IMG/VR virus record: IMGVR_UViG_3300043640_000110
Location: 1 to 61,658 of that record
Origin: a virus
Taxonomy: Duplodnaviria > Caudoviricetes
Direction: 5' to 3' (one strand)
Length of the DNA stretch: 61,658 nt
The notes beneath the pieces are model-generated. The model saw nothing but the letters and a program-made list of their open reading frames with translations. It had not been told where the DNA came from and did no database searches. Every line of letters starts with the position of its first letter. Position 1 is the first letter of the stretch. The translations under genes and the position numbers were made by a program. This document shows, piece by piece, positions 1 through 9,932 of the stretch.

Positions 1-127
1 ACACCGAACCTGCTCCCCAATCTCGATTTGCCGACAGGTACAAATCAGGTACAGTCAACCAATAACGATTTTCCAAACGATAGAAAATAAAGGGGATATT
101 GTCATTCCCGTTCATATGCCGGGTATG
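1..127 (+). repeat. 127-bp end overlap identical to 61532-61658 (circular assembly overlap)
   Basis: Exact match acaccgaacc...gggtatg at both ends. Confidence 0.97.
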
Positions 128-228
128 GTTGCGGTGTCCTTTTAGCTCCGTAACTTACTGATTTCAAATAGAGCATATAAGGTCCGTAGGGTACACAAAA
201 CCCCTACGGAGGTACAGAAACAGGTACA
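36..228. other. Candidate attP with GGTACA arm-type repeats and an IHF-like site
   Basis: AGGTACA at 36, 47, 210, 222 and 61528; GGGTACA at 189; TAACTTACTGATT at 151-163. Confidence 0.5.
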
Positions 229-301
229 GTAGCTTTGTATCACAAAGTAATTTAGCGTATATAGCGTATATAGCAACCAGAGAGGACACAACAAAAACAG
301 C

Positions 302-1381
302 ATGAGCAACACAGCCCAATCCAACGCTCCCGAGTTCCAACTCAAGCCGGAGCAGTTCAATGTATCCGAGAAGTACAACGTGCGCCGCTACCCCGGCGAT
401 GAAGAACTGGAAGCGAAGCGGATCGAACGTCTCGCCAACGTGATCGAACGGGATGGCCAGCTGGATGCCGTTATCGTCACGATCGAAGACGGCTTGGAAA
501 ATGTCATCATTGCCGGTCATCGTCGGCGGCGTGCCATCTCCATGCTGAACGAACGGCGAACCGCTAAGGGTCAGCCGCTAATGACGGTACGCGCGCGGCT
601 CGATACCGATGGAGATCTCAAGCGCAAAGCCCGAACCAGCAATGTCCAGCGGGAAGATCTTTCACCCATGGACCTCGCCCTCGAAATCCAGACCATCCGC
701 GAGGAGCATAAATGGGAGGGCTTCCCCGGAGCAAAGAAGGTCGCCGACTACCTGGGGATCGAACTCACGACCGTAACCCAACATGAAAAATTGTTGACCG
801 GCAGCAAGGAAGTTCAGGAGAAGGTCCACGCCGGAGAGCTGACCACGCAATCCGCGTTCGACATGTTGAACGTAAAACCTGAGGCCATCGTTCCCGTTTT
901 GGAACGCGCGCAAGAAATCCAGGAACAGAAAGACCGTCGCCTCACTCCTAGGGCCAGAAAGCGCCGCGAGGGAAAAGGTATCGAAGACGGTTCCCGGATC
1001 GAACACCCTGCCGTCGTGCAAGCCATTCGCGAAACCCCTAACGCAACCGACAAACCCATCGCCAGAACCCGCAAGGAAATTCTGGAAACCCTGGAACAGT
1101 TCGACTCCCCGGCATACGGCCACCCAGACGGCGCGGTAAACATTTTCATTCGCTATTTCATCGACAAATTTGCGGCTGGCATTGGTACCCCGGATACCAT
1201 GCGCAAGAAGTTCGACGCCATGGTTCTGAAGGCTCCAAAAGGGACCAAGCCAGAGAAGCCCGTAGAGTCTAAACCCGACGCCAAAGCCAAGATCAAACTT
1301 CCGGCCAAGAAGAAGGTAGCGAGCGCCACCGAAGCCAAGCCTGCGAAAAAGACCCCGGCAAAGAAAGTAGCAAAGAAATAA
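302..1381 (+). CDS. ParB/Srx N-terminal domain protein with Lys/Ala/Pro-rich tail
   Basis: GQLDAVIV, IIAGHRRRRA and NVQREDLSPMD motifs, followed by an HTH. Confidence 0.85.
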   Translation: MSNTAQSNAPEFQLKPEQFNVSEKYNVRRYPGDEELEAKRIERLANVIERDGQLDAVIVTIEDGLENVIIAGHRRRRAISMLNERRTAKGQPLMTVRARLDTDGDLKRKARTSNVQREDLSPMDLALEIQTIREEHKWEGFPGAKKVADYLGIELTTVTQHEKLLTGSKEVQEKVHAGELTTQSAFDMLNVKPEAIVPVLERAQEIQEQKDRRLTPRARKRREGKGIEDGSRIEHPAVVQAIRETPNATDKPIARTRKEILETLEQFDSPAYGHPDGAVNIFIRYFIDKFAAGIGTPDTMRKKFDAMVLKAPKGTKPEKPVESKPDAKAKIKLPAKKKVASATEAKPAKKTPAKKVAKK

Positions 1382-1385
1382 ACCA

Positions 1386-2570
1386 ATGCCAGGGCTCCGG
1401 GTACGTGCGAAGTTACCCGACTCCCCTATCTCCTGGTTGATTAAAAAATTCCGCGAGCATCTGCACATACCGGACCCGGCTCCGCTTCATGTTTTCTACG
1501 GAGCGTTGGCGGCAAACCTGATCGAAGGAGATCCGGTTTGGTTGATGCTCGTGGGACCTCCTGGGTGCGGGAAGACGGAGTTATTGAATTCCATTTTGGG
1601 ACTGGATGGAGTTTCTGAATCCGCCAAGATTTCAGGCACAGCGGCGTTCCTAAGCGGGACCGCGCGCAAAGACATCAGCAAGGATGCAACAGGCGGGATA
1701 CTGCGTCAGGTCGGATCGCATGGGGCGGTCGTGATGAACGACTTCACTAGCGTATTAACGCTTAGGAAAGATGTTCTGGACGATGTTCTCAGCGTGTTTC
1801 GCGAATGTTATTCCGGAAGGTTCACTCGTGATATCGGATCGGAAGGCGGCAAGAAGCTGCATTGGGATGGCAAGGTAGCTTTCTTTGCTGGTGTCACGGG
1901 AGCGATAGACGCACAACATGAAGCGAATTCCAGCCTAGGGGAACGATGGATTTATTTCCGCATGCCTGCCGGAGACGGATTTGAACGTACCAAGCGAGCG
2001 GTAAAACGTGGAGATTCGATCTGGAGAGAAGGTCTCAGGGAATCGGTTCGGGCTTTTCTGGCTGGTTTAGATCTGGAATTCGGAAAACTGGAATCCAGAC
2101 GCGAGTTAACGGACAAGGAAATTATCAAGCTGTATCGCATGGGGAAAATTGCGGCTACATGCCGAAGTCCTGTTGTACGTGACCGGTATACCAGGGAAAT
2201 TATCAGCGCCAGAGAGACGGAATCGGAAACCAGATTGGTAATTGCATTGGGGCAGTTATTAATCGGCATGGAAGCCATTGGAGTTTCAGAAGCGGATCGC
2301 TGGAAGGCTCTCGGCTCCGTGGCCTTAGACTCTATGCCCAAGCTTCGGGGTATCACGATAGACGAAATTATTGCTGATAAATCCGGACTGGGAGTTACCT
2401 ATTCTCATCTCGCGGAGGCTATGGGATGTAGTAGGACAACTGCGGAAAGAACGGTCGAGGATTTAGAGGTTCACAAGATTGTGCAACGGGAAAAAATTGA
2501 CGGTGTAGTGCATGTGAAGTTTAGCGAATGGATGCGGGATGAGTATCAGAAAGGGTGGGGTAATGGCTAA
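1386..2570 (+). CDS. AAA+/P-loop ATPase (helicase-like) with C-terminal winged helix
   Basis: Walker A GPPGCGKT, Walker B-like VVMNDF, SLGERW arginine finger, C-terminal LAEAMGCSRTTAERTVEDL. Confidence 0.7.
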   Translation: MPGLRVRAKLPDSPISWLIKKFREHLHIPDPAPLHVFYGALAANLIEGDPVWLMLVGPPGCGKTELLNSILGLDGVSESAKISGTAAFLSGTARKDISKDATGGILRQVGSHGAVVMNDFTSVLTLRKDVLDDVLSVFRECYSGRFTRDIGSEGGKKLHWDGKVAFFAGVTGAIDAQHEANSSLGERWIYFRMPAGDGFERTKRAVKRGDSIWREGLRESVRAFLAGLDLEFGKLESRRELTDKEIIKLYRMGKIAATCRSPVVRDRYTREIISARETESETRLVIALGQLLIGMEAIGVSEADRWKALGSVALDSMPKLRGITIDEIIADKSGLGVTYSHLAEAMGCSRTTAERTVEDLEVHKIVQREKIDGVVHVKFSEWMRDEYQKGWGNG

Positions 2571-2844
2571 CGTAAATACTCAAGCATGTGACGTGTGTAA
2601 CGCGCTGCGACACGATAATCGGCATTGGCTTCGCGTCTTTATCCCTAACGAAGCTCAAATTACAATTTCCAGTTGGGATGTTGACGTTGCCATGGATGAA
2701 CAGGTAAAGCAAGTACACATTTGCGATCAGGGCTGTTTAGTAAGATTCATCTCTTCTAACTTTCCGGGGAGACCTAAGACGGATAGGTTGAAGGTAATAA
2801 ATGAAGCCACAAAAAAATACCTGACAAAAATGAGGCTAGGGTGA
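2563..2844 (+). CDS. Small Zn-binding protein
   Basis: CDVC...HICDQGC; overlaps its neighbours. Confidence 0.6.
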   Translation: MANVNTQACDVCNALRHDNRHWLRVFIPNEAQITISSWDVDVAMDEQVKQVHICDQGCLVRFISSNFPGRPKTDRLKVINEATKKYLTKMRLG

Positions 2845-4475
2845 TCTCTCTCGCAAATTTCGAACCTTATGAACTCGATTTGCCGGAGCACTTTGACTCT
2901 TTCCGGCCTGCCCAGATTGAAGCCATAGAGCAGATCGCCAACGATCCTCTGGCCTATCAAATGCTGGACCTACCCACCGGCTCCGGTAAAACCTTAATCG
3001 CGATTGCTGCCGCGAAAGTCCTAGGTGTGCGAGCTGTCATCGCTACCGCAACTCTCGGCCTGGAGCAGCAATACATGCGCGAGTTCGAATCTATCGGTCT
3101 CGTAAATATCCACGGCAAGAATAATTACCACTGTGAACTCGGCGGGCGGGTAAGTTGCCGCTGGGGGAAGCTGGAAGGCTGTCCAAATCATAAGCGGGTA
3201 GCAACAGCCAGAGGAACGATAGAAACCTGTAGCACGAAATGTCCCTATGAGGCTGCCCGCAAAAAGGCGCAATGGGCTCCCCTGGTAGTAACGAATTACG
3301 CCTATTGGATCAGGGCAAATGAACGCGGGAAAGGTTTAGAGCCAGCTCCCAGCGAAGGGGTTAACCCAGTCGGCTTACTTATTCTCGATGAAGCCCACAA
3401 AGCCGTCGAGGAATTAAGTCGAACCTTGCAGATCGTAATCAAAGAATCTCTGCTACAGGGGTTAAAACTCCCCTACGAAAAAACAGACAGTGTGGATATC
3501 TGGCGAGCCTGGGCCAACGGCATCACCGATGAAGTGGACTTGCAATATTCTGTTGCCATCCAGGAATACAAGCGCAAAAAAACACTTGGGAATAAAGCTA
3601 ATCTCTACAACTGGGAAAACGCAAAAGAGCTAGTAGAAAAACTGCTGGACGTGAATGCCGATCAGTGGGTATGCGAAGCCCGCGAAGGCACTAAACACGG
3701 ACGCAGCTGGACTTTTGACCCGATCTGGCCCGCCCAGTGGTCCCAAAAGCTTTTTTGCGGAGTTCCAAAGGTCGTTCTGATGAGCGCCACGCTTCGGCCC
3801 ATTACTGGGAGAATGCTGGGGATTCCCAAGGAGTCCATTAGCTTCCGGGAGTGGCCTCGTGTATTTCCAGCCAAGAATACCCCTGTGTATCACCTCGCAA
3901 CAACGCGCCTGAATCATAAGGCGAAACAGGAAGACATAGACAAGTGGGTGAATCGAATCGATGAAATTATATCTGGCAGGCTGGATAGAAAAGGACTCAT
4001 TCACACTGTTAGCTATCAAAGACAAAAATATCTTATTGAACACTCTAAATTCGGCGGGAGGATGGTTGCGAATTCATCGGAACCAGACTCAGAAAGCGCC
4101 ACCCAGATATTCGAACGCTTCAAGCAAATGGGACCGGGTTCTATATTGGTGTCTCCGTCCTTTTCTACGGGCTGGGATTTCCCTGGGGCTGATTGCGAAT
4201 ATCAAATCATCGCCAAGCTCCCCTTCCCGGATACCCGAAACAAGTTAATGCAGGCTCGATTAGAAAGGAACGCACAATATGTAAATTACCTAGCAATGCA
4301 AGATCTAGTGCAAGCTGCTGGGCGCGGTACGCGGTCGTATCAAGACTGGTGCGAGGTGTTTATTGTGGATGATTCTATCAGTTGGTTTTTCTTCCGCAAT
4401 AAAGCCCTGGCTCCCCGTTGGTTCAATATTCTGAACATAAGTCAAGTACCTGTTGCGCCGCAGAAAATAGCTTAA
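2841..4475 (+). CDS. DinG/Rad3-like SF2 helicase
   Basis: Q motif FRPAQ, PTGSGKT, Cys cluster, DEAH, MSATL, GWDFPG, QAAGRGTR. Confidence 0.92.
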   Translation: MISLANFEPYELDLPEHFDSFRPAQIEAIEQIANDPLAYQMLDLPTGSGKTLIAIAAAKVLGVRAVIATATLGLEQQYMREFESIGLVNIHGKNNYHCELGGRVSCRWGKLEGCPNHKRVATARGTIETCSTKCPYEAARKKAQWAPLVVTNYAYWIRANERGKGLEPAPSEGVNPVGLLILDEAHKAVEELSRTLQIVIKESLLQGLKLPYEKTDSVDIWRAWANGITDEVDLQYSVAIQEYKRKKTLGNKANLYNWENAKELVEKLLDVNADQWVCEAREGTKHGRSWTFDPIWPAQWSQKLFCGVPKVVLMSATLRPITGRMLGIPKESISFREWPRVFPAKNTPVYHLATTRLNHKAKQEDIDKWVNRIDEIISGRLDRKGLIHTVSYQRQKYLIEHSKFGGRMVANSSEPDSESATQIFERFKQMGPGSILVSPSFSTGWDFPGADCEYQIIAKLPFPDTRNKLMQARLERNAQYVNYLAMQDLVQAAGRGTRSYQDWCEVFIVDDSISWFFFRNKALAPRWFNILNISQVPVAPQKIA

Positions 4476-4579
4476 TTATTTTTCAGTTGAATTTAAACAA
4501 AATCGTGATAGTGTTTCTAATTACGGGCTGCAAATAACAGCGGCAACGTAACCCAACAATCAAGGAGAAAAGGAAGTAT

Positions 4580-5473
4580 ATGGCAGGATTATTGCACCCG
4601 AAGAATGCCCAAGAGAGCAGCAATTTCGCTTTTAAGGAAGGCTTTGTAAAGGTTGTTAATTCATCTTTCAAGGTGATCCAACCACGCGAGCCAAAGGAAA
4701 AGAAGAAGGACTATATCGCGCGCTCGCCGTTTACGGCCCTCGTATGGGATGTAAACCGGTTGGATGAAAATCTGGAACCGCTCACCGATGAGCATGACAA
4801 TCCGCTGACTGAATCCATTGAATTCAGCTTGGGAAGCAAGGGGATTACCAACTGGCATCCCGGTAAGGGCGATACTCCGGACGATACCGACATTGAGGAT
4901 CAGGGTGTTAAACCCGGCGCGGAAGGCAATACGATTTTCATCGTTAACGCTAGTGCGGCAATCAATTCCAATAGCGGCATCTCGGCTTTGAGTACATCGC
5001 TACTGGGCAAGGTCGAAGAATTGTTCCTGAACCGGGAATGGGCTCCGGATTGGATCGGCGGCGTGTTCTACATGAAAGGCATACAGGTCAAATCCGGCGA
5101 GGGGGATGGAGCTTTTACCTATACCCAGAAGATCGTGGACAAAGTTGTCAGCCTGGGTAAAAAGACAGCTCAAGGTACTGTTTCCGGCAAGCCCGAAGCA
5201 GCCGCCAGCAAGCCCGACGACGCAGCCGAGAAAGCTATCCAACCGATCATGGAAGCTTTGTCCGCTGAATTGGACGGTACCAAGGTTGGTTTCAAGACTC
5301 TGGTAAATCGCGTGTCCACCGCGCTCAAAAACAACAACGTCGATGCCAAGCTGCATGTTCCTGTGCTGGCCCTGGTTAAAGATGTGGCATGGCTGAAAAA
5401 GAATACCGGGTTGTTTGATATGGCGACCGACGTGGAAGCCAAGACGGTTGTCTTCGGGACCTTGAAAGACTAA
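4580..5473 (+). CDS. Hypothetical protein (possible ssDNA-binding protein)
   Basis: Strong RBS; lies in the replication block; function is a guess. Confidence 0.6.
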   Translation: MAGLLHPKNAQESSNFAFKEGFVKVVNSSFKVIQPREPKEKKKDYIARSPFTALVWDVNRLDENLEPLTDEHDNPLTESIEFSLGSKGITNWHPGKGDTPDDTDIEDQGVKPGAEGNTIFIVNASAAINSNSGISALSTSLLGKVEELFLNREWAPDWIGGVFYMKGIQVKSGEGDGAFTYTQKIVDKVVSLGKKTAQGTVSGKPEAAASKPDDAAEKAIQPIMEALSAELDGTKVGFKTLVNRVSTALKNNNVDAKLHVPVLALVKDVAWLKKNTGLFDMATDVEAKTVVFGTLKD

Positions 5474-5488
5474 CTTCTTTCCTTGTTC

Positions 5489-5526
5489 AATAGGGCGATT
5501 CGATAGCTAGGATCGCCCTTATTTTT
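5489..5526 (+). terminator. Rho-independent terminator
   Basis: agggcgatt...gatcgccct hairpin followed by tattttt. Confidence 0.75.
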
Positions 5527-5552
5527 AACCCCTTTTAAAGGAGATTATCTAA

Positions 5553-6404
5553 ATGGCATTCATTTCTCAAACACAAGCACTTGACCCGCGATTCCGCCAA
5601 ACCACGGCAGCGGATCTACAGGCTACCCCATTCGATCCGACCAAACCAATCCGCCTTTACATCCCGAAGGCTCCTTTCCCAAATGACGCCGATGTAACCG
5701 TTTCCCTGGAAGTCCTGGGCGCTGACGGAGCACCGAGAATTGTCAGCGTAAAAGCAAAGGGATCTACGTTTGTTCCCAATATTCCGGGGAAACGAACCTA
5801 TCCCAGCTACAAGGCTTTTCTCGCCGACCTGACAGAGCCCAATGTAACCACGGAGTCCAACTATCTCAGCGGGGCCATGGAGAGCATTGATCCTGGCATG
5901 TGGTTTCTCTTTGTCCCCTGGGATGAAGTAAATCACTACGCGGATCGCATTTCAGCGGACCTCAACACTCCAACTGCGATCAAGGAAGTCTTGGATGTTC
6001 AACAACACAGTCTTTTGTACGGGGACCGGAATCGCGTTTACTACCGAATTGAACTACCAAGCAGCGGCACGTTTATCGACGTGGGAGAAGCGAAACGAAT
6101 CTCGGCCCAGTTAAACGGAATCGATTCCCCCGGCGTGTTCTCCCTGATCTCTGCGGATGGCGGCCCGGTATTATCCATTACCTTCACCCCCACCCCCCAA
6201 CCAACCACCTGGGTAGTAAAACAAGACCCTCTGCCGATCGTTATTCCTCAAGGATACGGACCAGGAATTAGCCCATTCGGCGAGCTGGGATTCGTTTCTC
6301 TTGCCGATACTCCTATTCCTGTTTCTACGGGCGATGGCTTTACCGCCGAAGACCGCGCCACGCTCAAAGATATCCACGATATCGTCTCGGTGAAAGCTAG
6401 TTAA
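5553..6404 (+). CDS. Hypothetical protein
   Basis: 283-aa ORF with AAGGAG RBS. Confidence 0.7.
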   Translation: MAFISQTQALDPRFRQTTAADLQATPFDPTKPIRLYIPKAPFPNDADVTVSLEVLGADGAPRIVSVKAKGSTFVPNIPGKRTYPSYKAFLADLTEPNVTTESNYLSGAMESIDPGMWFLFVPWDEVNHYADRISADLNTPTAIKEVLDVQQHSLLYGDRNRVYYRIELPSSGTFIDVGEAKRISAQLNGIDSPGVFSLISADGGPVLSITFTPTPQPTTWVVKQDPLPIVIPQGYGPGISPFGELGFVSLADTPIPVSTGDGFTAEDRATLKDIHDIVSVKAS

Positions 6405-6495
6405 TTCACCCATACGGGGCGCGCATGGTCTTCCGGGAGATCCGGTTGTAGGGTGTCCACTTTCCCAGCATGAAACAAAGCGCCCCACCAAATCC

Positions 6496-6717
6496 ATGAA
6501 CAAGTACGCTCAGTTTTCCAAGGTAAAAGAAGCCTGGGGCTGTAAGCGGAAACGATATTTCGCAACTCGCCTTGAAGCAATTGAGGGCCGGGACAAGCAT
6601 GGCCGGTTGAAGATTTACAAATGCCAGTACTGTGACGGTTTCCATTTAAGCGGGTTAAAAGATGCCAGTCCTGATAGATCAACAAGAAATAACCCTGGAA
6701 TGGGCCGATCTCTTTAA
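6496..6717 (+). CDS. Small Zn-finger protein
   Basis: YKCQYCDGFHL motif common in phages. Confidence 0.55.
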   Translation: MNKYAQFSKVKEAWGCKRKRYFATRLEAIEGRDKHGRLKIYKCQYCDGFHLSGLKDASPDRSTRNNPGMGRSL

Positions 6718-7246
6718 ATGGGTTAACCGCCCACAGGTTAAATCTCCGCGCTCCTCCGGGGTCCATGTTTCCGGCGTAATCAAATACGTTCTGCAAACCT
6801 CTGGATTCCTGAATAAAGAAGACGCTACCGACGATTGCCCCTGGTGTATTGCGGTTGGTGTGGCCATGGAGAACTATCTCGTAGGGTTATGGCCACCTGA
6901 GTTAATCTGGCAACCCGGCGAACAGAATTTAGATGGTATTTATGCAAGCCCGGATGGGATTACCGGCGCACAGTTAGAGGAATTTAAAGCTACCTGGAAG
7001 AGTCAGCATACCCGGCCCGATATCACCAAGGAACGTATTTGGATGTGGCAAATGGCGGCCTATTGCAAAATGATGGGCCTCACCAGGGCGCGCCTGCATG
7101 TGTTTTGGATGAACGGGAATTATCGTCCTCCGTTCCCGAAGTACGTAACTTACACATTGCAGTATTCACAGCAGGAGCTAGATAGGTTTTGGGCGAACGT
7201 GATTTTAAAGAACAAAGATAAGGCGACTGCGGAGGCGCACTTATGA
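6662..7246 (+). CDS. PD-(D/E)xK Cas4/RecB-like exonuclease
   Basis: ASPDG...EEFKAT...QMAAY. Confidence 0.75.
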   Translation: MPVLIDQQEITLEWADLFKWVNRPQVKSPRSSGVHVSGVIKYVLQTSGFLNKEDATDDCPWCIAVGVAMENYLVGLWPPELIWQPGEQNLDGIYASPDGITGAQLEEFKATWKSQHTRPDITKERIWMWQMAAYCKMMGLTRARLHVFWMNGNYRPPFPKYVTYTLQYSQQELDRFWANVILKNKDKATAEAHL

Positions 7247-7431
7247 ACATTGCAAAGATAACTGTGTTTTTCGCGAATGGGACGACGGTAGAGATTCACC
7301 GGCCCACGGCGCTAAAGACAGATCCCTCAGCCGGGTTGTTATTAGTGTCGGATGAAAAGGGAGATGATTATCTGTTTATCATGCAGGCAATCAAGTATTG
7401 GATTATCAAGAAAACCAAGGTCATAAATTAA
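7243..7431 (+). CDS. Hypothetical protein
   Basis: ATGA coupling to the upstream gene. Confidence 0.55.
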   Translation: MNIAKITVFFANGTTVEIHRPTALKTDPSAGLLLVSDEKGDDYLFIMQAIKYWIIKKTKVIN

Positions 7432-7443
7432 AGGAGATAGGTT

Positions 7444-7809
7444 ATGAGAGTTAACATTTACGCGGAAGAGATCACGCAGCGAGTAGAGCTAGTAAAGAAA
7501 GGCGAGTTCACGGGGATTCGCTTTTATCTGGAATTACCGGTTGCGCTACAAACCCCTCCAACGAAATTAGGAGAACAGCCAGGAATTACGCACCTCTCTG
7601 GCCCTTTTGTTCATCACCATAACGATGACGACAGCGCCGCCGTGACATTCTGGGGCAAGCGGGAGTTGCGGAGTGCCCTTATCAAGGCCATGGCATTGTT
7701 GGATACGCCAGAATATTTTTTAAGACCCTCACAAGAAAATGGCCAACCGGGTCAATCCGTTTCTGTGGAGCATGCGGGAAAACTATCAAATGAAACAAAG
7801 AGAGATTAA
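7444..7809 (+). CDS. Hypothetical protein
   Basis: AAGGAG RBS, 121 aa. Confidence 0.65.
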   Translation: MRVNIYAEEITQRVELVKKGEFTGIRFYLELPVALQTPPTKLGEQPGITHLSGPFVHHHNDDDSAAVTFWGKRELRSALIKAMALLDTPEYFLRPSQENGQPGQSVSVEHAGKLSNETKRD

Positions 7810-8614
7810 GATAGCCGGATTTACCAGCGATATCTCGCCAACAGACAAGCCTACTATCTCTATCTATGGTGAGGAAGGTTCCGGCAAGACTCGCTTTGCC
7901 GCCACGGCTCCCGATCCGATCGGCCTATTGCCCCTGGATCTAAAATCCAAGCGCACCTTTGAACCAATCGCGAAATCACTAGGCAAATATGTTATCGCGC
8001 CGGATAAGCCTTTTATGCTCCCAACGGAAGCTATTGCGCTCTCTTTGCTCGATAGCGATATCCAGGAGCAAAAGGACAAAATCAAGGAACGCTACACGAC
8101 TCTCTACCGGCGCGTATTAGAAGACGCCATGAAACTGGCAGAACACCCCGATATCGCTACCGTGGTCGTAGACTCTAATACCGCTTTTTGGGATTGGATT
8201 CTATACAGCCATTTCGGGCGGCGAAATCGTATCGATATGTTCTCGCGCGCGGTTCCGAATCAGGACATGCAGGATTTTATCGCGGCCCTGAAACACAAAA
8301 ACCTGATTCTGCTCCACCGCTCTGCCGACATCTACAAAGAGACCGGCGAAGTAGATAAGCAGGGCAAGAAGATCTCTGCGGATACCGGCAAAAACAAAGC
8401 CGAGGGCTGCTCCAAGCTGGGCTACTTTATCAATTGCGAAATTGAAATGGTCAGCAAGGATAAATCCAACAATCTGGATGAAAAGTTCAAGGTCCGGGTC
8501 CGGGAGTGCCAGAGTAATCCTCTAATCGAAGGGAGCATGCTGGACGATTACGGGATGAAGGGTAAAGACATCACCTGGGATAACTTAATGACAGTTATAA
8601 ATTGGGAGGAATAA
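7790..8614 (+). CDS. AAA_24/Sak4-like ATPase
   Basis: IYGEEGSGKTRFAATAP, TVVVDS. Confidence 0.75.
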   Translation: MKQREIKIAGFTSDISPTDKPTISIYGEEGSGKTRFAATAPDPIGLLPLDLKSKRTFEPIAKSLGKYVIAPDKPFMLPTEAIALSLLDSDIQEQKDKIKERYTTLYRRVLEDAMKLAEHPDIATVVVDSNTAFWDWILYSHFGRRNRIDMFSRAVPNQDMQDFIAALKHKNLILLHRSADIYKETGEVDKQGKKISADTGKNKAEGCSKLGYFINCEIEMVSKDKSNNLDEKFKVRVRECQSNPLIEGSMLDDYGMKGKDITWDNLMTVINWEE

Positions 8615-8788
8615 ATGATAAGAGCAAAAATTTTCATTACGACAACATTCAAGCTAGAAGGAAACTTCGAAGCGGAAACTCTCGCCGAGGCCGTTGCTGT
8701 AGCTGAAATGGAAGCGCGTAACCATAGCGAGTTTGATTGCAGCCGCACCCTGGTTATTTCTACAGAAAAGATCGACGACCCAGAATGA
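8615..8788 (+). CDS. Small hypothetical protein (57 aa, below the ORF-track cutoff)
   Basis: GGAGG RBS; fills the gap; ATGA coupling to the ERCC4 gene. Confidence 0.5.
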   Translation: MIRAKIFITTTFKLEGNFEAETLAEAVAVAEMEARNHSEFDCSRTLVISTEKIDDPE

Positions 8789-9534
8789 TTCGTGTCGATT
8801 CCCGCATCGGGTCCGGGGAACTTACCGGCCTGTTTAAGCCCTATGGCATTAACGTCGAAAAAACGCACCTGGAGTATGGTGATTTCGACTTTGAAGGCAA
8901 AGGGCCAAATGGTCTCTGCTCTGTGGTATTTGAACGGAAACGAATCGAGGATCTTGTAGCATGCATGCAGGATTTTCGATTAGCCGGTCACCAGCTACCA
9001 GGGATTTCAGAAAACTATGATTATGGCTATCTGATTATCGAAGGAATATGGAGGCCAGATAGTAATGGCTTCCTCGAAATCGGAGACCGGGGCAGCTGGC
9101 GCGGGAACGGTATTCATACTCGCTCCATAACTAATTTTGTAATGGGATTGACCCTGCGAGCTGGATTAATCCCCTGGCGAACCTCGACACAAAAGGAAAC
9201 GGTAGGCTTCATCGTTGACCAATACCGGATGTGGAACGAGAAAGCCTGGGAGGAGCACAAATCTCATGATGTCGTATATGCTCCGGCTGAATCCGGCTCG
9301 CTGGGTTTGTTCTTAAAACGGCGTCCGGTTTCCCTCGCGGAAAAGCTCGCCATGCAATTACCGGGAATCGATGACAAGGCGCGGTACATCGCAAGGCATT
9401 TTAAGAATGCCAGACAAATGTTTAATGCGGAGGTAGAGGAATGGGCTTCAGTGCCATGGCAGACGCGATCGGGAAAGTTCAGATTGCTCGGCTCGGCAAT
9501 TGCAAAAAAGGTTGTGGGGGCAATCACATCATGA
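8785..9534 (+). CDS. ERCC4/XPF-family nuclease
   Basis: IRVDSR, GDF, FERKRIEDL, LIIEG and C-terminal HhH (LPGI). Confidence 0.88.
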   Translation: MIRVDSRIGSGELTGLFKPYGINVEKTHLEYGDFDFEGKGPNGLCSVVFERKRIEDLVACMQDFRLAGHQLPGISENYDYGYLIIEGIWRPDSNGFLEIGDRGSWRGNGIHTRSITNFVMGLTLRAGLIPWRTSTQKETVGFIVDQYRMWNEKAWEEHKSHDVVYAPAESGSLGLFLKRRPVSLAEKLAMQLPGIDDKARYIARHFKNARQMFNAEVEEWASVPWQTRSGKFRLLGSAIAKKVVGAITS

Positions 9535-9695
9535 GTTTTCATATGGAGTGTATCTGTGGGAACAAGATCACAACCATAGCGCCGGAGGGGATCTGCGGGA
9601 ATTGCGGACGCTCCTGGAAAAACGAATGGAAGGCCGCTGCCAAGGAACTAGGCGACATCCCGAAGATGAAACCGCTCTCTCGTTACGCCAAATGA
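9531..9695 (+). CDS. Small Zn-ribbon protein
   Basis: CICG...CGNCGR. Confidence 0.5.
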   Translation: MSFHMECICGNKITTIAPEGICGNCGRSWKNEWKAAAKELGDIPKMKPLSRYAK

Positions 9696-9913
9696 AGATA
9701 AAGCAGCTCGACATTGTTCTCAGGCGAAACAAGCGGGGACAGATTGTGGCCCTGGCTCGGCAGATGACACCGGAGGGCTTGAAGTATGGAACGAATTTAC
9801 TCAAGGGTAGGCACCCGTCAGATTTTAAAGACGCCAGGACCTTGGTGCAAGCCCTTATGGAACATACGGTAACGCAACTGGATTTTTTCGAGGAGAGCAC
9901 GGAGTGGGAATAA
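9692..9913 (+). CDS. Hypothetical protein
   Basis: ATGA coupling. Confidence 0.5.
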   Translation: MKIKQLDIVLRRNKRGQIVALARQMTPEGLKYGTNLLKGRHPSDFKDARTLVQALMEHTVTQLDFFEESTEWE

Positions 9914-9932
9914 ATGCCATGGAAGTAGGCGT

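Noticed and set aside
98-142. IVIPVHMPG reading as a host aminotransferase fragment (possible attB core)
   Set aside because: Too short to support without a search.
662-1468. 268-aa ORF antisense to ParB
   Set aside because: Shadow ORF with no independent support.
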